32,000 nucleotides of DNA from Crocosphaera subtropica ATCC 51142 (lineage in GTDB: Bacteria; Cyanobacteriota; Cyanobacteriia; Cyanobacteriales; Microcystaceae), in contig NC_010546.1 in the NCBI RefSeq assembly GCF_000017845.1, positions 4,350,001 to 4,382,000 of the forward strand. The letters are read 5' to 3'. The notes under the pieces are model-generated. The model worked only from the letters and a program-made list of their open reading frames with translations. It did not search any database and was not told the origin of the DNA. How positions within the stretch are numbered: position 1 is the stretch's first letter; each line of letters starts with the position of its first letter. Shown here piece by piece: positions 17,766 through 27,862 of this stretch. The position numbers and the translations under genes were made by a program.

Positions 17766-18449
17766 CTATGAAACCGTCAAAGATTGACCATTATTCTTAG
17801 CCGTTAGGTTTAAGATAAAAGGAGCAGCTTTTTTGCTCCACTCTTTAGGGGATTCAAAACCAGAGGCATTTTCTCCCCAACAAGTTTGTAACATTTCAGT
17901 GTTAATAATGCCTGGATTTAACGCAATAATTCCGATTCCTTTAGGGACTTCTTGAGCTAATCCTTGAGATAACCCTTCGATCGCCCATTTTGAAGTACAG
18001 TAGGGAACCACTTCAGGAGAGGTTGAACGACCCCATCCTGAACTAAAATTAACAATAATGCCTTTCTTTTCTGCCATCATCGCCGGCAAAAATCCCCTAA
18101 TGGTTCTGACCACACCATTAATATTAATATCCGTTAGTTGAATAAAATCTTCTTCACTAATTTCCCATAAGGGTAACGGTTGATTAATAATGGCTGCATT
18201 GTTAATCAAAAAATCAGGACTTCCCCATTGTTCGATCACTCGATTGATCCATATTTGTACTTGTTGGTTATTAGATAAATCAACCACATCAAAATCATGA
18301 TCTGGGTAGAGATGATTGAGTTTTTCTATCTCTTGAACTGAACGACCACAACCGATGATTTTATGGCCTTTTTTAATTAATTCTTCTCCTAATGCTTTTC
18401 CTAATCCTTTGGTGATTCCTGTAATAACAATGGTTAAAGATTCTTTCAT
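17766..18449 (-). CDS. Short-chain dehydrogenase/reductase (SDR)
   Basis: ITGITKGLGKAL (TGxxxGxG) and the YCTSK catalytic YxxxK. I prefer the ATG at 18449 (MKESLTIVITG) to the track start at 18509. Confidence 0.85.
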   Translation of the reverse strand: MKESLTIVITGITKGLGKALGEELIKKGHKIIGCGRSVQEIEKLNHLYPDHDFDVVDLSNNQQVQIWINRVIEQWGSPDFLINNAAIINQPLPLWEISEEDFIQLTDININGVVRTIRGFLPAMMAEKKGIIVNFSSGWGRSTSPEVVPYCTSKWAIEGLSQGLAQEVPKGIGIIALNPGIINTEMLQTCWGENASGFESPKEWSKKAAPFILNLTAKNNGQSLTVS

Positions 18450-18585
18450 TTTAATTGTGAACGCTCTACTAATAACAATTATCTCATATAAACCCAGTAA
18501 CTCTACCATTTGGAAGATGAATCGAGTTATTTTTAGTCGTTAGGGTGATAAATGATAACTAAATTAATTTATCTTATTTCTTATT

Positions 18586-18987
18586 ATGGTACAGACAAAC
18601 AATTCTTCTCAGGATTTATCCTCATCTAATCCCAACGAAATGCCCGATCGCCAAATCACCGAACCCTCTGAACCCAATACTATTCCCCCAGGAGTCAGCG
18701 ACCGCAACACCGGAATGGGCGCAACCCTTGAATCTGATGACTATCGTCTTGCGTCAGGAGAAAACACCACTGCAGGGGATCTCGACGCGATGACAGAACA
18801 AGCTAAAGTAGTCGGAGAAGAAGCGATCGGCGGTGATACTCCCACACCGGATCAAAATAACGTTGATGACATTGGAGACGCTACAGGGGTCGACTTTGCA
18901 CCCTCGGAACCGGTAGAAGTGTTCGAGGAAATGCAACAACGGGATAGCGATCGCTTTGAACTTGATCCCAATTCTAAAGAATCTTAA
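18586..18987 (+). CDS. Conserved acidic hypothetical protein (DUF6335-like)
   Basis: 133 aa, low complexity and D/E-rich. GEEAIGGDTPTPDQNNVDDIGDATG...RDSDRFELDP resembles a family common in cyanobacteria. Recognition is from memory only. Confidence 0.5.
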   Translation: MVQTNNSSQDLSSSNPNEMPDRQITEPSEPNTIPPGVSDRNTGMGATLESDDYRLASGENTTAGDLDAMTEQAKVVGEEAIGGDTPTPDQNNVDDIGDATGVDFAPSEPVEVFEEMQQRDSDRFELDPNSKES

Positions 18988-18990
18988 TCA

Positions 18991-19878
18991 GTGAGTAAAA
19001 ATCTTAACTTATTTAATCAGCAAAAATGGCGTAATTTCTTCTTAGAAACCCTCATTTATTCTAATATTTGGGTGGCTTCTGCCATTGCCTCCCTTTGTTT
19101 TAGTTTTCAATTGTTGATGGAACTACCTTTAGATTGGCGATCGCCTTTATTTTGTTTTTCGGCTGCGTTAATTCCTTATCATTTGGATCGAGTTGTAGAT
19201 GCTTATGTTCAAAAAATTCCTGATGCTAATGTTCAATCTTATTTTCAAAAGCCAGGGTTTTTGGTTTGGTGTTTAATAACTTTAGGATTAACCATTATTT
19301 TTGCCCTATTATGGTTAGCACCTACCTCTGTTCGCTACATTAGTTTGGTAGGTATTTTTCCTGTAATTTATGGCGTTCCTATCTTTCCTGGGTCAAATCA
19401 ATGGTATCGACTTAAGGATATTCCTGGGTCAAAAGCTTGGATTGTTGGTAGTATTATCACTTATGCTGTTGTTAGTTTGCCTTGTGCTTATGCTAACTAT
19501 CAGCCTCAAGGACTTCCTTTTATTTTGACTACCTTATTTTTATTTATTTTTATTGTGACGAATTCCCATAGTTTTGATTTACGAGATATGGACTCAGATC
19601 AAAAAAAAGGAGTGATTACCTTACCTTTGATGCTAGGAATAGATAGGATGAAAATTTTATTATCTATTCTCAATGTATCGGTATTGGCGTTATGGGTTTG
19701 GGCTTGGTCGTCTTTCGTAGTACCATTTAAACCAGAGATAATAGTTTCTATATTAATTACGTTATTCTATCTTTGGATGCTGAAGCCATCAACTTCTCGA
19801 CCTGTTTACTCAATTGTCATTGATGGTTTTTTATTTGTTCCTTTGTTAGTTCATGGGTTTTTGAATTTGATTAAATAA
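18991..19878 (+). CDS. UbiA-superfamily prenyltransferase-like membrane protein
   Basis: 295 aa, with about 8 hydrophobic helices. The Asp-rich block FDLRDMDSDQKKGVITLPLMLG is present. The GTG start lies 3 nt after the stop of the preceding gene. Confidence 0.55.
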   Translation: MSKNLNLFNQQKWRNFFLETLIYSNIWVASAIASLCFSFQLLMELPLDWRSPLFCFSAALIPYHLDRVVDAYVQKIPDANVQSYFQKPGFLVWCLITLGLTIIFALLWLAPTSVRYISLVGIFPVIYGVPIFPGSNQWYRLKDIPGSKAWIVGSIITYAVVSLPCAYANYQPQGLPFILTTLFLFIFIVTNSHSFDLRDMDSDQKKGVITLPLMLGIDRMKILLSILNVSVLALWVWAWSSFVVPFKPEIIVSILITLFYLWMLKPSTSRPVYSIVIDGFLFVPLLVHGFLNLIK

Positions 19879-19882
19879 TTTA

Positions 19883-19910
19883 ATCCCCCATATTTAGGGG
19901 GATATTATTC
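19883..19910 (+). terminator. Stem-loop after the UbiA-like gene
   Basis: ATCCCCC atattta GGGGGAT followed by attattc. The U-tract is weak. Confidence 0.45.
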
Positions 19911-20086
19911 TGTTACAAACAGTCTCTAAGGTTGAAATTTATGAATTATCAATAGATAATAACAGTTCTCAGAAATAGCCAGAGAGATTGCTTCGGGGTA
20001 TTTTCAATAAAAGTCAAAGCTTACTGTTTATATTACCCCTCATAATGACGACTTAAGTCTCCAGTTACTTTTAAGAATTGGTATAA

Positions 20087-20164
20087 TTAACTGATAGAAA
20101 TACTAATAACTGTTGCTACGCCGATAGACCATACAATTAAAGACCAGATCCAGTTGACTATCAT
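20087..20164 (-). CDS. Candidate 25-aa hydrophobic mini-protein
   Basis: GAGGAGG lies 8 nt upstream of the ATG (20164). The product MIVNWIWSLIVWSIGVATVISISIS forms a single TM-length helix. It is below the track cut-off. Confidence 0.3.
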   Translation of the reverse strand: MIVNWIWSLIVWSIGVATVISISIS

Positions 20165-20814
20165 TGAGTTAGCCTCCTCATATTAATTGGTAAGCTTTCG
20201 CTTGATATCATTCATCATTAAAGATGAATTAATTTAGGCAAGATTGAAACAATTTAAACCGTCTATTATTACTTAGTTTAAAGGTGAACTTAGGGTTAAT
20301 GAGTGCTTTAGGTTACTGTTTCTGATATATTCATTGAATCTACCTCCATGACGATCTGTCCTAGCATAAAATAAATAGGGTTTGCATCTTAGACAAGAAA
20401 TTAATTAATTATTGATAATGAACCAAAATGTACGAATAACGACTCATTCCTAAACAAATGATAATTTTAGTCTAAGTTCCCTAAACACTAAGCCAATAAT
20501 AGACATCATTTATTCTCCAATTCAGCCTCATAAAATAAAAAGTATAATGGTCAATGAGACAAGTTTCTGTGATATGGATCAATTGTTCATAGGAAATTTG
20601 TAGGTTACTGGTCAGATACTGAATCTAGCAAGAGTTGACAATTGTAAACCATAATCAGTGAAACTCCTTGACCAACAGAGACTGCTTGAAAAGCTCTATA
20701 CATACTAGACCAAATAATTCAAGGAACTGCAACAAATCTTTACGCAAAAAGGAAGGCATTGGCGATCGCCTTGGAACTTTAGCTTATTGCAAGAATTCCT
20801 GTTTGAGTTTGTAA

Positions 20815-20833
20815 GGTGGGCAAAATACCCACC
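20815..20833. repeat. GGTGGGCA..CCCACC hairpin, copy 3 (8 nt past the leuS stop)
   Basis: The sequence is ggtgggcaaaatacccacc, preceded by gtaa. Confidence 0.6.
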
Positions 20834-20841
20834 CAATGTGG

Positions 20842-23403
20842 TTATTTAGGAACCACAAAGTTAACTAATTTTCCAGGAACAACAATCACCTTTTTAACCT
20901 CTTTTCCGTCTAAGTTACGTTGACCAATATCTGATTCACGGGCTAATTTTTCTAACTCCTCTTTACTGGAATTAGCAGGTACTTGAATCGTTCCCCTTGT
21001 CTTACCCATAATTTGAATCACTAGGGTAATTTCATCTACCACTAAAGCATCGGGATCAACCTGAGGCCAAGTTTCTAAATGGATTGAAGTTTCATGTCCC
21101 AAATTATGCCATAATTCTTCAGCAATATGAGGAGCAAAGGGTGCCAGTAAAATCAATAAAGTTTCAATTCCTTCTTGATAAACCTCAGAATTAATACATT
21201 TAGCATCATTCAACGCATTACTTAACTTCATTAACTCAGAAACTGCCGTATTAAATTGATAGTCCCCTTCTAAGTCTTCGGATATCTCTTTAATAGCAGT
21301 ATGGATGGCACGTCTTAAGTCTTTTTCTTCCTTGCTTAACTCCTTGTTACTAATAACTTCGCCTTGCTTTTTTTCATAGCCATTAACCAAACGCCACACC
21401 CGATTTAAAAAGCGAAATTGTCCTTCTACATCCGCATCATCCCATTCTAAATCTTTCTCAGGAGGTGCTTTAAATAGAATGAACATTCTAGCCGTATCTG
21501 CCCCATATTTTCCTAATACTTTTTGCGGATCAACTCCATTATATTTAGACTTAGACATCTTCTCATAAAACACCTCTAAATCATCTCCTGTATCCGGATC
21601 TTTGGGACTTTCAGGGTTCACTTTATCCACAGGAATATACTTACCGGTTTTGGGGTTTTTATAGGCCATTGCTTGTACCATTCCCTGTGTCAAAAGACGC
21701 TTAAACGGTTCATCCACATTCACTAAACCTCTGTCTCGCAATACTTTAGTAAAAAAGCGAGAATATAAGAGGTGTAAAATCGCGTGTTCAATACCACCAA
21801 CGTATTGATCTACATTCATCCAATCATTGGCTTTTTCTAACTTAAATGCTTCTTGATCATTCATTGCATCCGTGTAACGTAAATAGTACCAAGAAGAGTC
21901 AATAAAAGTGTCCATTGTATCCGTTTCACGCTTTGCTGGTTCCCCACAACTGGGACAAGGAACGTTGATCCAATCTTCCATTTTTGCCAAAGGAGAAGCC
22001 CCACGCCCCGTAAATTCCACATTTTCGGGCAATTTCACAGGTAAATCTGCATCAGGAACCGCCACAGTTCCGCAACTGGGACAATGCACCACTGGAATAG
22101 GACAACCCCAATAACGTTGCCGAGAAATTAACCAATCTCGCAGACGATACTGTATCCTTGCTTTACCGTAACCCTGTTTCTCTGCATAGTTAATAATAGC
22201 CGTTTTGCCTTCAGTGGACTGCATTCCGTTAAATTCACCCGAATTGACCATAATTCCTGGTTCGGTATAGGCTTCTGTTAACGTAGGGTTATTATCCTCG
22301 GAATTTTCAGGAACGATCACCACTTTGATCGGTAACTCTTTCTCCGTTGCAAACTTAAAGTCACGGGTATCATGGGCCGGTACACCCATCACCGCACCGG
22401 TACCATATTCATACAATACATAATCTGCAATCAAAATGGGGATTTCTTCACCATTAAAGGGGTTAACAGCAGTCCCTCCGGTTAATATCCCTCGTTTGGG
22501 TTTATCTTCTGCTGTGCGTTCGATTTCGCTTTCGTTGGAAACCTCTTCAATAAACGCTTCTACGGCTTCTTTTTGCCCCTCTGTAGTCACTTTGGGGGTC
22601 AAAGGGTGTTCAGGGGCCAAAACCACATAAGTCACCCCGTAAACCGTATCCGGACGGGTGGTAAAGACGGCGATTTTTTCCTCACTGCCCTTGACAGGAA
22701 ACTCCAAATATGCACCGACAGACTTACCGATCCAGTTTTCCTGCATTAATTTAACACGGTCGGGCCATCCGGTTAATTTATCCAAGTCCGTTAATAATTG
22801 TTCTGCATAGTCCGTAATTTTAAAGAACCACTGACGCAACAGTTTTCGTTCTACTTTAGCACCCGATCGCCAGGAATACCCCTCGCTGTCCACTTGTTCA
22901 TTGGCCAACACCGTTTGATCGATGGGGTCCCAGTTGACTGCTGCTTCTTTTTGATAAGCTAACCCTGCTTGATAAAATTGCAAGAATAACCATTGCGTCC
23001 ATTTGTAATAGTCTGGGGAACAGGTGGCCACTTCTCGATCCCAGTCGATAGATAGTCCCAAGGTTTGCAGTTGTTGCTTCATTTGGGCAATATTTTTATA
23101 AGTCCAGTCTGCGGGGGGAATATTGCGATCGATGGCTGCATTTTCCGCCGGAAGTCCGAACGCATCCCACCCCATCGGATGTAAAACTCGGTATCCTTGC
23201 AATCGTTTGAGACGGGCGATAACATCTGTAATAACATAGTTGCGAACATGGCCCATGTGTAGGTTTCCAGATGGGTAGGGAAACATGGATAAGGCGTAAA
23301 ATTTGGGTTTATCGCTGTTTTCTGGGGTTTTGTCTAACCCCTGGTTAACCCAGTCTTGTTGCCATTTTTGTTCGATCTCTGCTGCGTTATATTGGGACTC
23401 CAC
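20842..23403 (-). CDS. leuS: Leucyl-tRNA synthetase
   Basis: 853 aa. The HIGH motif [11 protein letters not shown] and the KMSKS motif are present, with full-length class Ia architecture. Confidence 0.97.
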   Translation of the reverse strand: MESQYNAAEIEQKWQQDWVNQGLDKTPENSDKPKFYALSMFPYPSGNLHMGHVRNYVITDVIARLKRLQGYRVLHPMGWDAFGLPAENAAIDRNIPPADWTYKNIAQMKQQLQTLGLSIDWDREVATCSPDYYKWTQWLFLQFYQAGLAYQKEAAVNWDPIDQTVLANEQVDSEGYSWRSGAKVERKLLRQWFFKITDYAEQLLTDLDKLTGWPDRVKLMQENWIGKSVGAYLEFPVKGSEEKIAVFTTRPDTVYGVTYVVLAPEHPLTPKVTTEGQKEAVEAFIEEVSNESEIERTAEDKPKRGILTGGTAVNPFNGEEIPILIADYVLYEYGTGAVMGVPAHDTRDFKFATEKELPIKVVIVPENSEDNNPTLTEAYTEPGIMVNSGEFNGMQSTEGKTAIINYAEKQGYGKARIQYRLRDWLISRQRYWGCPIPVVHCPSCGTVAVPDADLPVKLPENVEFTGRGASPLAKMEDWINVPCPSCGEPAKRETDTMDTFIDSSWYYLRYTDAMNDQEAFKLEKANDWMNVDQYVGGIEHAILHLLYSRFFTKVLRDRGLVNVDEPFKRLLTQGMVQAMAYKNPKTGKYIPVDKVNPESPKDPDTGDDLEVFYEKMSKSKYNGVDPQKVLGKYGADTARMFILFKAPPEKDLEWDDADVEGQFRFLNRVWRLVNGYEKKQGEVISNKELSKEEKDLRRAIHTAIKEISEDLEGDYQFNTAVSELMKLSNALNDAKCINSEVYQEGIETLLILLAPFAPHIAEELWHNLGHETSIHLETWPQVDPDALVVDEITLVIQIMGKTRGTIQVPANSSKEELEKLARESDIGQRNLDGKEVKKVIVVPGKLVNFVVPK

Positions 23404-23453
23404 GAATATTCTCCACTGCTATTTCCATGATCAATTATCCCTGATCTCATTCA

Positions 23454-23474
23454 GTTATCGGTTATCGGTTATCA
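23454..23474. repeat. Heptamer tandem repeat GTTATCG GTTATCG GTTATCA
   Basis: Read directly, in the leuS upstream region. Confidence 0.7.
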
Positions 23475-23623
23475 GCAAAACCTCGTTGGGAGGCGATCGC
23501 TTAAGTTTAGTCTAATAACAATCTATTTTTAGTGATATCAGTTGACATCTAATGAAATGCAGTGTTATTTTGGATTTGGTTCTGTAGAACCAGTAGTTTA
23601 AGTTCGGTTGAACAAAAAATAAA

Positions 23624-24805
23624 ATGGAAAAATTAAGTTGCTCAATGATAGTAAAATCTGCTTGTCGTGGCTATGTTAACGGTAAAACGCAGATTTGGAA
23701 TTTAACTCTTTCTGTATCAGAACTTCCTAAAGACTTGCCCTACGGACCTAATGCCAGAAATGCAACCTTGGATGCAAAGCCAGCAAAAGCAATGCTGAAA
23801 ACTTTAAAAGAAGAACCAGAGAAGTTTGTTCTTTATAATAGTGGCATCATGCTGATTGCTAACGAAATTACGGCTAAAAGAATTGAGGGAGGAGATTTTC
23901 AGGTTACTTTAGAACTTGAGATCCCAACAGCAGAATATGAAGGAGATTTTTTAGGTCATGGTGTGATTAATGGGGGTCATACTTACAAAGCTATAATGCA
24001 CGCACTATACGGCCAACATAAACCAAGAGAATCCTATCCCAATGTTAATAATGCTCATGTTCAAGTATCAGTAGCAGTGGGTATTAATGAAGAAGAAGTT
24101 TCTCAAATAAGTCGCGCTCGTAACCTCAGTTTATCAGTTCCTGTATATGCTTTAAAAAATTTAGATCATATATGGCAACCCATAGAAAAAGCACTACCTG
24201 AAGAATACCGTCAAAATGTAGTTTTTAAGCCTAATGAGGATGATGAATTAGACGAAAAAGCTGATTATGATGTGACCGATCTTGTTCGTCGGTTAGCACT
24301 CATCAATAACAAACTATTTCCTTTCCGTGATGATAAGCATCCAATCAAAGCATATACTTCAAGAGGAAGTCTTGTCAGTTCTTGGAAACAAGAAGATTAT
24401 CAAGATATAATTCCTCTGCTAAAAGATGTTCTTTGGTTAGAAGAACAAATCATCAAACGACACGAAAATATCAATGGCAAAGGTCAGGGAAAAATTGTCA
24501 TCACCAAGGTTAGTGGTTGTACAAAAAAACCGATGAAATTAATAACAGGTTATACAACAGATAGTTTAACAGTGGGTGATATTTTTTATATGCCAGTTAT
24601 TGCAGCTTTTCGCGTGTTTGTGAAAGACGGTGAATGGCTCGAATCTATTGACAAATTATGGGGTACATGGGGGAATAATTTGGTTGATCGCCTATGGGAA
24701 ACGTACAGAAGTGAAGGGCGTAGTAGTGCATCTGCTTTTGCTCGCTCCAAGTCAACTTGGTCAAGCTTAACCAATATGGTGGCTATGCAGTTTGTTCAAA
24801 TCTAA
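23624..24805 (+). CDS. AIPR-like abortive-infection protein
   Basis: 393 aa. LPYGPNARNATLDAKPAKAMLKTLKEEPEKFVLYNSGIMLIA, GVINGGHTYKAI and VSVAVGINEEEVSQISRARNLSLSV follow the NxR...TL...F..NNGIT / VNGxQT / ..I..ATN.Q pattern of AIPR proteins. This is motif recognition, not a search. Confidence 0.6.
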   Translation: MEKLSCSMIVKSACRGYVNGKTQIWNLTLSVSELPKDLPYGPNARNATLDAKPAKAMLKTLKEEPEKFVLYNSGIMLIANEITAKRIEGGDFQVTLELEIPTAEYEGDFLGHGVINGGHTYKAIMHALYGQHKPRESYPNVNNAHVQVSVAVGINEEEVSQISRARNLSLSVPVYALKNLDHIWQPIEKALPEEYRQNVVFKPNEDDELDEKADYDVTDLVRRLALINNKLFPFRDDKHPIKAYTSRGSLVSSWKQEDYQDIIPLLKDVLWLEEQIIKRHENINGKGQGKIVITKVSGCTKKPMKLITGYTTDSLTVGDIFYMPVIAAFRVFVKDGEWLESIDKLWGTWGNNLVDRLWETYRSEGRSSASAFARSKSTWSSLTNMVAMQFVQI

Positions 24806-24830
24806 AGCAATGTAATTCAGCAAAAGTTGA

Positions 24831-24897
24831 GGGCATAATAATATTATGCCCCTACGATAATTATAATGTTTTGTAGGGGTTTAACACCGTTAAACCC
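24831..24897. repeat. REPIN-like doublet of GTAGGG-prefixed hairpins
   Basis: The minus-strand unit GTAGGGGCATAATATTATTATGCCC (24831-24855) and the plus-strand unit GTAGGGGTTTAACACCGTTAAACCC (24873-24897) face each other across a 17 nt spacer. Confidence 0.6.
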
Positions 24898-24922
24898 GAT
24901 ATATTAAGATCACTCCTTAGTT

Positions 24923-25699
24923 TTATTCCTCTGTATTCAAAGATAAATTAAGTTGCTCAATTTCTTGTAAATTCAATCCCGTTAGTTGAGAAATAACCTC
25001 CAGATTCATGTGATTTCTGAGCATATTTAAAGCAATATTTTTGATTGCTTGTTTTTGTCCTTTAACTTCCCCTTCATGGAAAATTTCTTGATAGATAACT
25101 GACTCTTTCATAATGTCACTCCTAAGAATTCGTTTAATACTGTCTTGATCTAATTTTAACCCAGATAGAATAGCTGTGGATGCACTGATATCACTTTGCC
25201 TTTGTTGATTAGGCATACTATCAATAATAGCAGCAATTTGGGTTAACGTTTCTCTGGGGTTATCGGTACAAGTTAGTACAGCAAAGGGTAATAAACCTGA
25301 GTTATTCAGAAAACTATCCGTGTTTTCTTCCCACAGACGAATAACATTAAATTGATGACGTAAATTAGTTAATTCAAAAGTATTTTGATACACTAATTCT
25401 GAATTACTCGGTTTCAAATAAATCACCACTTGATACATTTCTTTGTTAGGATAGCGACGATAAACCCGTAAACGATAGTCAGTCATCCTAAAAGGTATGT
25501 CTTCATCAGGTGAGGTTTGAAACTCAATATGTAAGACAATATCATCTGATTGCAAAAAGATTAAAGAATCTGCTCTAATAGGATTTAAAGATAGTTCTGT
25601 AGGTTTTAATTCCGTAAGTTCGATGGGTTCATTTAATAACCAGTTAGCAAAGTCACGGCTAAATCTTTCTGCTAGAAACTTACAAACGTTATCATACAT
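24923..25699 (-). CDS. Rpn-family recombination-promoting nuclease / PD-(D/E)xK putative transposase
   Basis: MYDNVCKFLAERFSRDFANWLL..., ADSLIFLQSDDIVLHIEFQTS and YRLRVYRRY are characteristic. The probable start is the ATG at 25699 (the track starts at TTG 25705). Confidence 0.75.
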   Translation of the reverse strand: MYDNVCKFLAERFSRDFANWLLNEPIELTELKPTELSLNPIRADSLIFLQSDDIVLHIEFQTSPDEDIPFRMTDYRLRVYRRYPNKEMYQVVIYLKPSNSELVYQNTFELTNLRHQFNVIRLWEENTDSFLNNSGLLPFAVLTCTDNPRETLTQIAAIIDSMPNQQRQSDISASTAILSGLKLDQDSIKRILRSDIMKESVIYQEIFHEGEVKGQKQAIKNIALNMLRNHMNLEVISQLTGLNLQEIEQLNLSLNTEE

Positions 25700-25748
25700 C
25701 AGCAATAAGAATAAGTTGACAAGATTAGACCATAATATAGCGTTTCTA

Positions 25749-26867
25749 AATGAGTCGTGAATAAAAAAAGCTCTGTTTAGGTAAAATTAAAAGAGTAATT
25801 TCAAAAAGAAACAAACTCATGATAATAGACAATAAGGAGAAAATTGAGCTAATTAAAGAGTTTCTTGAAAATTCATCAAACGGGAGAGAGACTCAAAGAG
25901 CTTTAGCGGTAAAGTTAGTGCTAGAAGGCTATCGTTATGAAAGAGTCTCAGAAATTTTATCTGTGTCACTAGGATTTATTAGTAAATGGGTTAATGCTTT
26001 TAATTTTGGGGGTATAAATGGTTTAAAATAAGGATACAAAGGAAGTAAAAGTTACTTAACAAATCAAGAACGTACCGAGATAATTGAGTGGCTAATTGAA
26101 CAAAAAACCTGGGATATTTCTGAACTAGAAGTTTATCTAATTGAGAAATATGATGTGGTTTATCAATCTCTTCAAAGTTATTATAAGATTTTAAAAGAGG
26201 CGAAAATTTCTTGGCAAAAGGGGCAACAAATTAATCCTAGATATCATGAAGAAGTCACTCAAAAAAAAACCAAGAAATAGCGCAAATTCTGGAAAATAGA
26301 CGAGAGGAAATAGATTCAGGAAAGCTGATAGTGTATATAGTTGATGAATGTCATCTTCACTGGGAGGATATTTGCGGATATCTATGGAACTTAATAAAAG
26401 AACCCTTAAAAATTCCTCTTTTAAATCCTAAAGAAAGACAGACATATTATGGGGCATTAAATTTATTAACTCAAGAATTTATTTTGCTTCCTTATCAAAA
26501 AGGAAATGGAAAAAACACGGTAGATTTTGTCCAACAATTACAGAAAAAAAATCCCGAAGCTAAAACCTTATGGATTTGGGATGGAGCCAGTTATCATAGA
26601 GGAAAAGAAATGCAAAAGTTTTTAGCTAGAGAAAATCAAGATTTGTCACCAGAAGAATGGCGAGTAACCTGTTGTCTTTTTGCTCCTTATTCCCCTCAAG
26701 AAAATCCCGTAGAAGCAATTTGGTTACAACTCAAAACTTTACTGAGAAGATTTTATAGATTTGGGAAAAATTTTAAAATTGTTAAACGTCTTTTTCAACT
26801 TTTTGTTGAGTTGAAACTATTCAATCTTCCTAATTTTAAAAACTACGAGGCTTTTTCACGATTCAGT
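25749..26867 (+). mobile_element. Decayed IS630-family element
   Basis: The inverted repeats are AATGAGTCGTGAA (25749-25761) and TTCACGATTCAGT (26855-26867). TA lies on both sides (25747-48 and 26868-69). Confidence 0.6.
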
Positions 26868-26870
26868 TAG
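25819..26870 (+). pseudogene. IS630-family transposase with an in-frame TAA and a frameshift
   Basis: The HTH part spans 25819-26031. An in-frame TAA lies at 26029-31, and the frame then continues GYKGSKSYLTNQERTEII.... A frame change occurs at the A9 run (26261-26269). The DDE part YIVDECHLHW...APYSPQENPVE spans 26331-26870. Confidence 0.7.
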
Positions 26871-26954
26871 ACTAGCTATACAACCAGGAATACTTGGACA
26901 TTCAACAATCCACATATTATCTTCATCCTGTTCAACAATTACATTAAATTTCAT
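26871..26954 (-). pseudogene. 5' fragment of a HicB-family antitoxin gene
   Basis: MKFNVIVEQDEDNMWIVECPSIPGCIAS matches the HicB N-terminus and is cut by the IS630-like element. No HicB-like continuation appears after conceptual excision. Confidence 0.55.
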
Positions 26955-27005
26955 TTTGTTTAGCTGAATTTTGAAAATTTCTTTTAGTGTAACATAAATT
27001 CTTAA

Positions 27006-27072
27006 GGGCATAATCATATTATGCCCCTACGATAATTATAATGTTTTGTAGGGTTTTAACACTGTTAAACCC
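27006..27072. repeat. REPIN-like doublet, second copy
   Basis: gggcataatcatattatgcccctac ... gtagggttttaacactgttaaaccc. It is collinear with 24831-24897, with a few substitutions. Confidence 0.6.
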
Positions 27073-27097
27073 AGTCTATTAAGATTACTATTCAGTT

Positions 27098-27665
27098 TTA
27101 TTCCTCTGTATTCAAAGATGAATTAAGTTGCTCAATTTCTTGTAAACTTAATCCTATTAATTTAGCAATCTCCTCCATATTCATGTTATTTCTGAGCATA
27201 TTTAAAGCAATATTCCTCGTAGCTTCTTGTTTACCTTTTATCTCTCCTCTTTGTTCTCCTCTTTTTTCGCCTTGAATTTCCCCTTCATGGAAAATTTCTT
27301 GATACATCACTGATTCTTTCATGATATCGCTCCTAAGAATTCGTTTAATACTGTCTTGATCTAATTTTAACCCAGATAAAATGGCTGTGGATGCACTAAT
27401 ATCACTTTGCTGTTGTTTATTGGGCATACTATCAATAATAGCAGCAATTTGGGTTAAGGTTTCTCTAGGGTTATCGGTACGAGTAAGTACAGCAAACGGT
27501 AATAAACCTGAGTTATTCAGAAAACTATCTGTTGTTTGTTCCCAAAGACGAATAACATTAAATTGATGACGTAAATTAGTTAATTCAAAGGTGTTTTGAT
27601 TCACTAACTCTGAATTACTAGGTTTCAAATAAATCACCACTTGATACATTTCCTTATTGGGATGG
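27098..27665 (-). pseudogene. 5'-truncated paralog of the Rpn-family gene
   Basis: It aligns with 24923-25445 at roughly 90 percent identity by eye. It has an extra GEKRGEQRGEIKG repeat and lacks the N-terminal ~75 codons. Homology ends near 27665. Confidence 0.7.
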
Positions 27666-27862
27666 GGAACAACTATATTTGTCTAAAGTGTACTTTAATG
27701 ACTTGCAAATTGCTGTAAATGTTAAATAAAGGCAATTACTGTATCAATATTAAAAGTAGAGATTATGAGTTGAAGTAAGCGGGGGAAGAATAATATTACA
27801 GCAGTTTGCGACTCAGTGTAGTACAATTTTAAATTAGCATAATAATTTTAATAAATCCTTCA

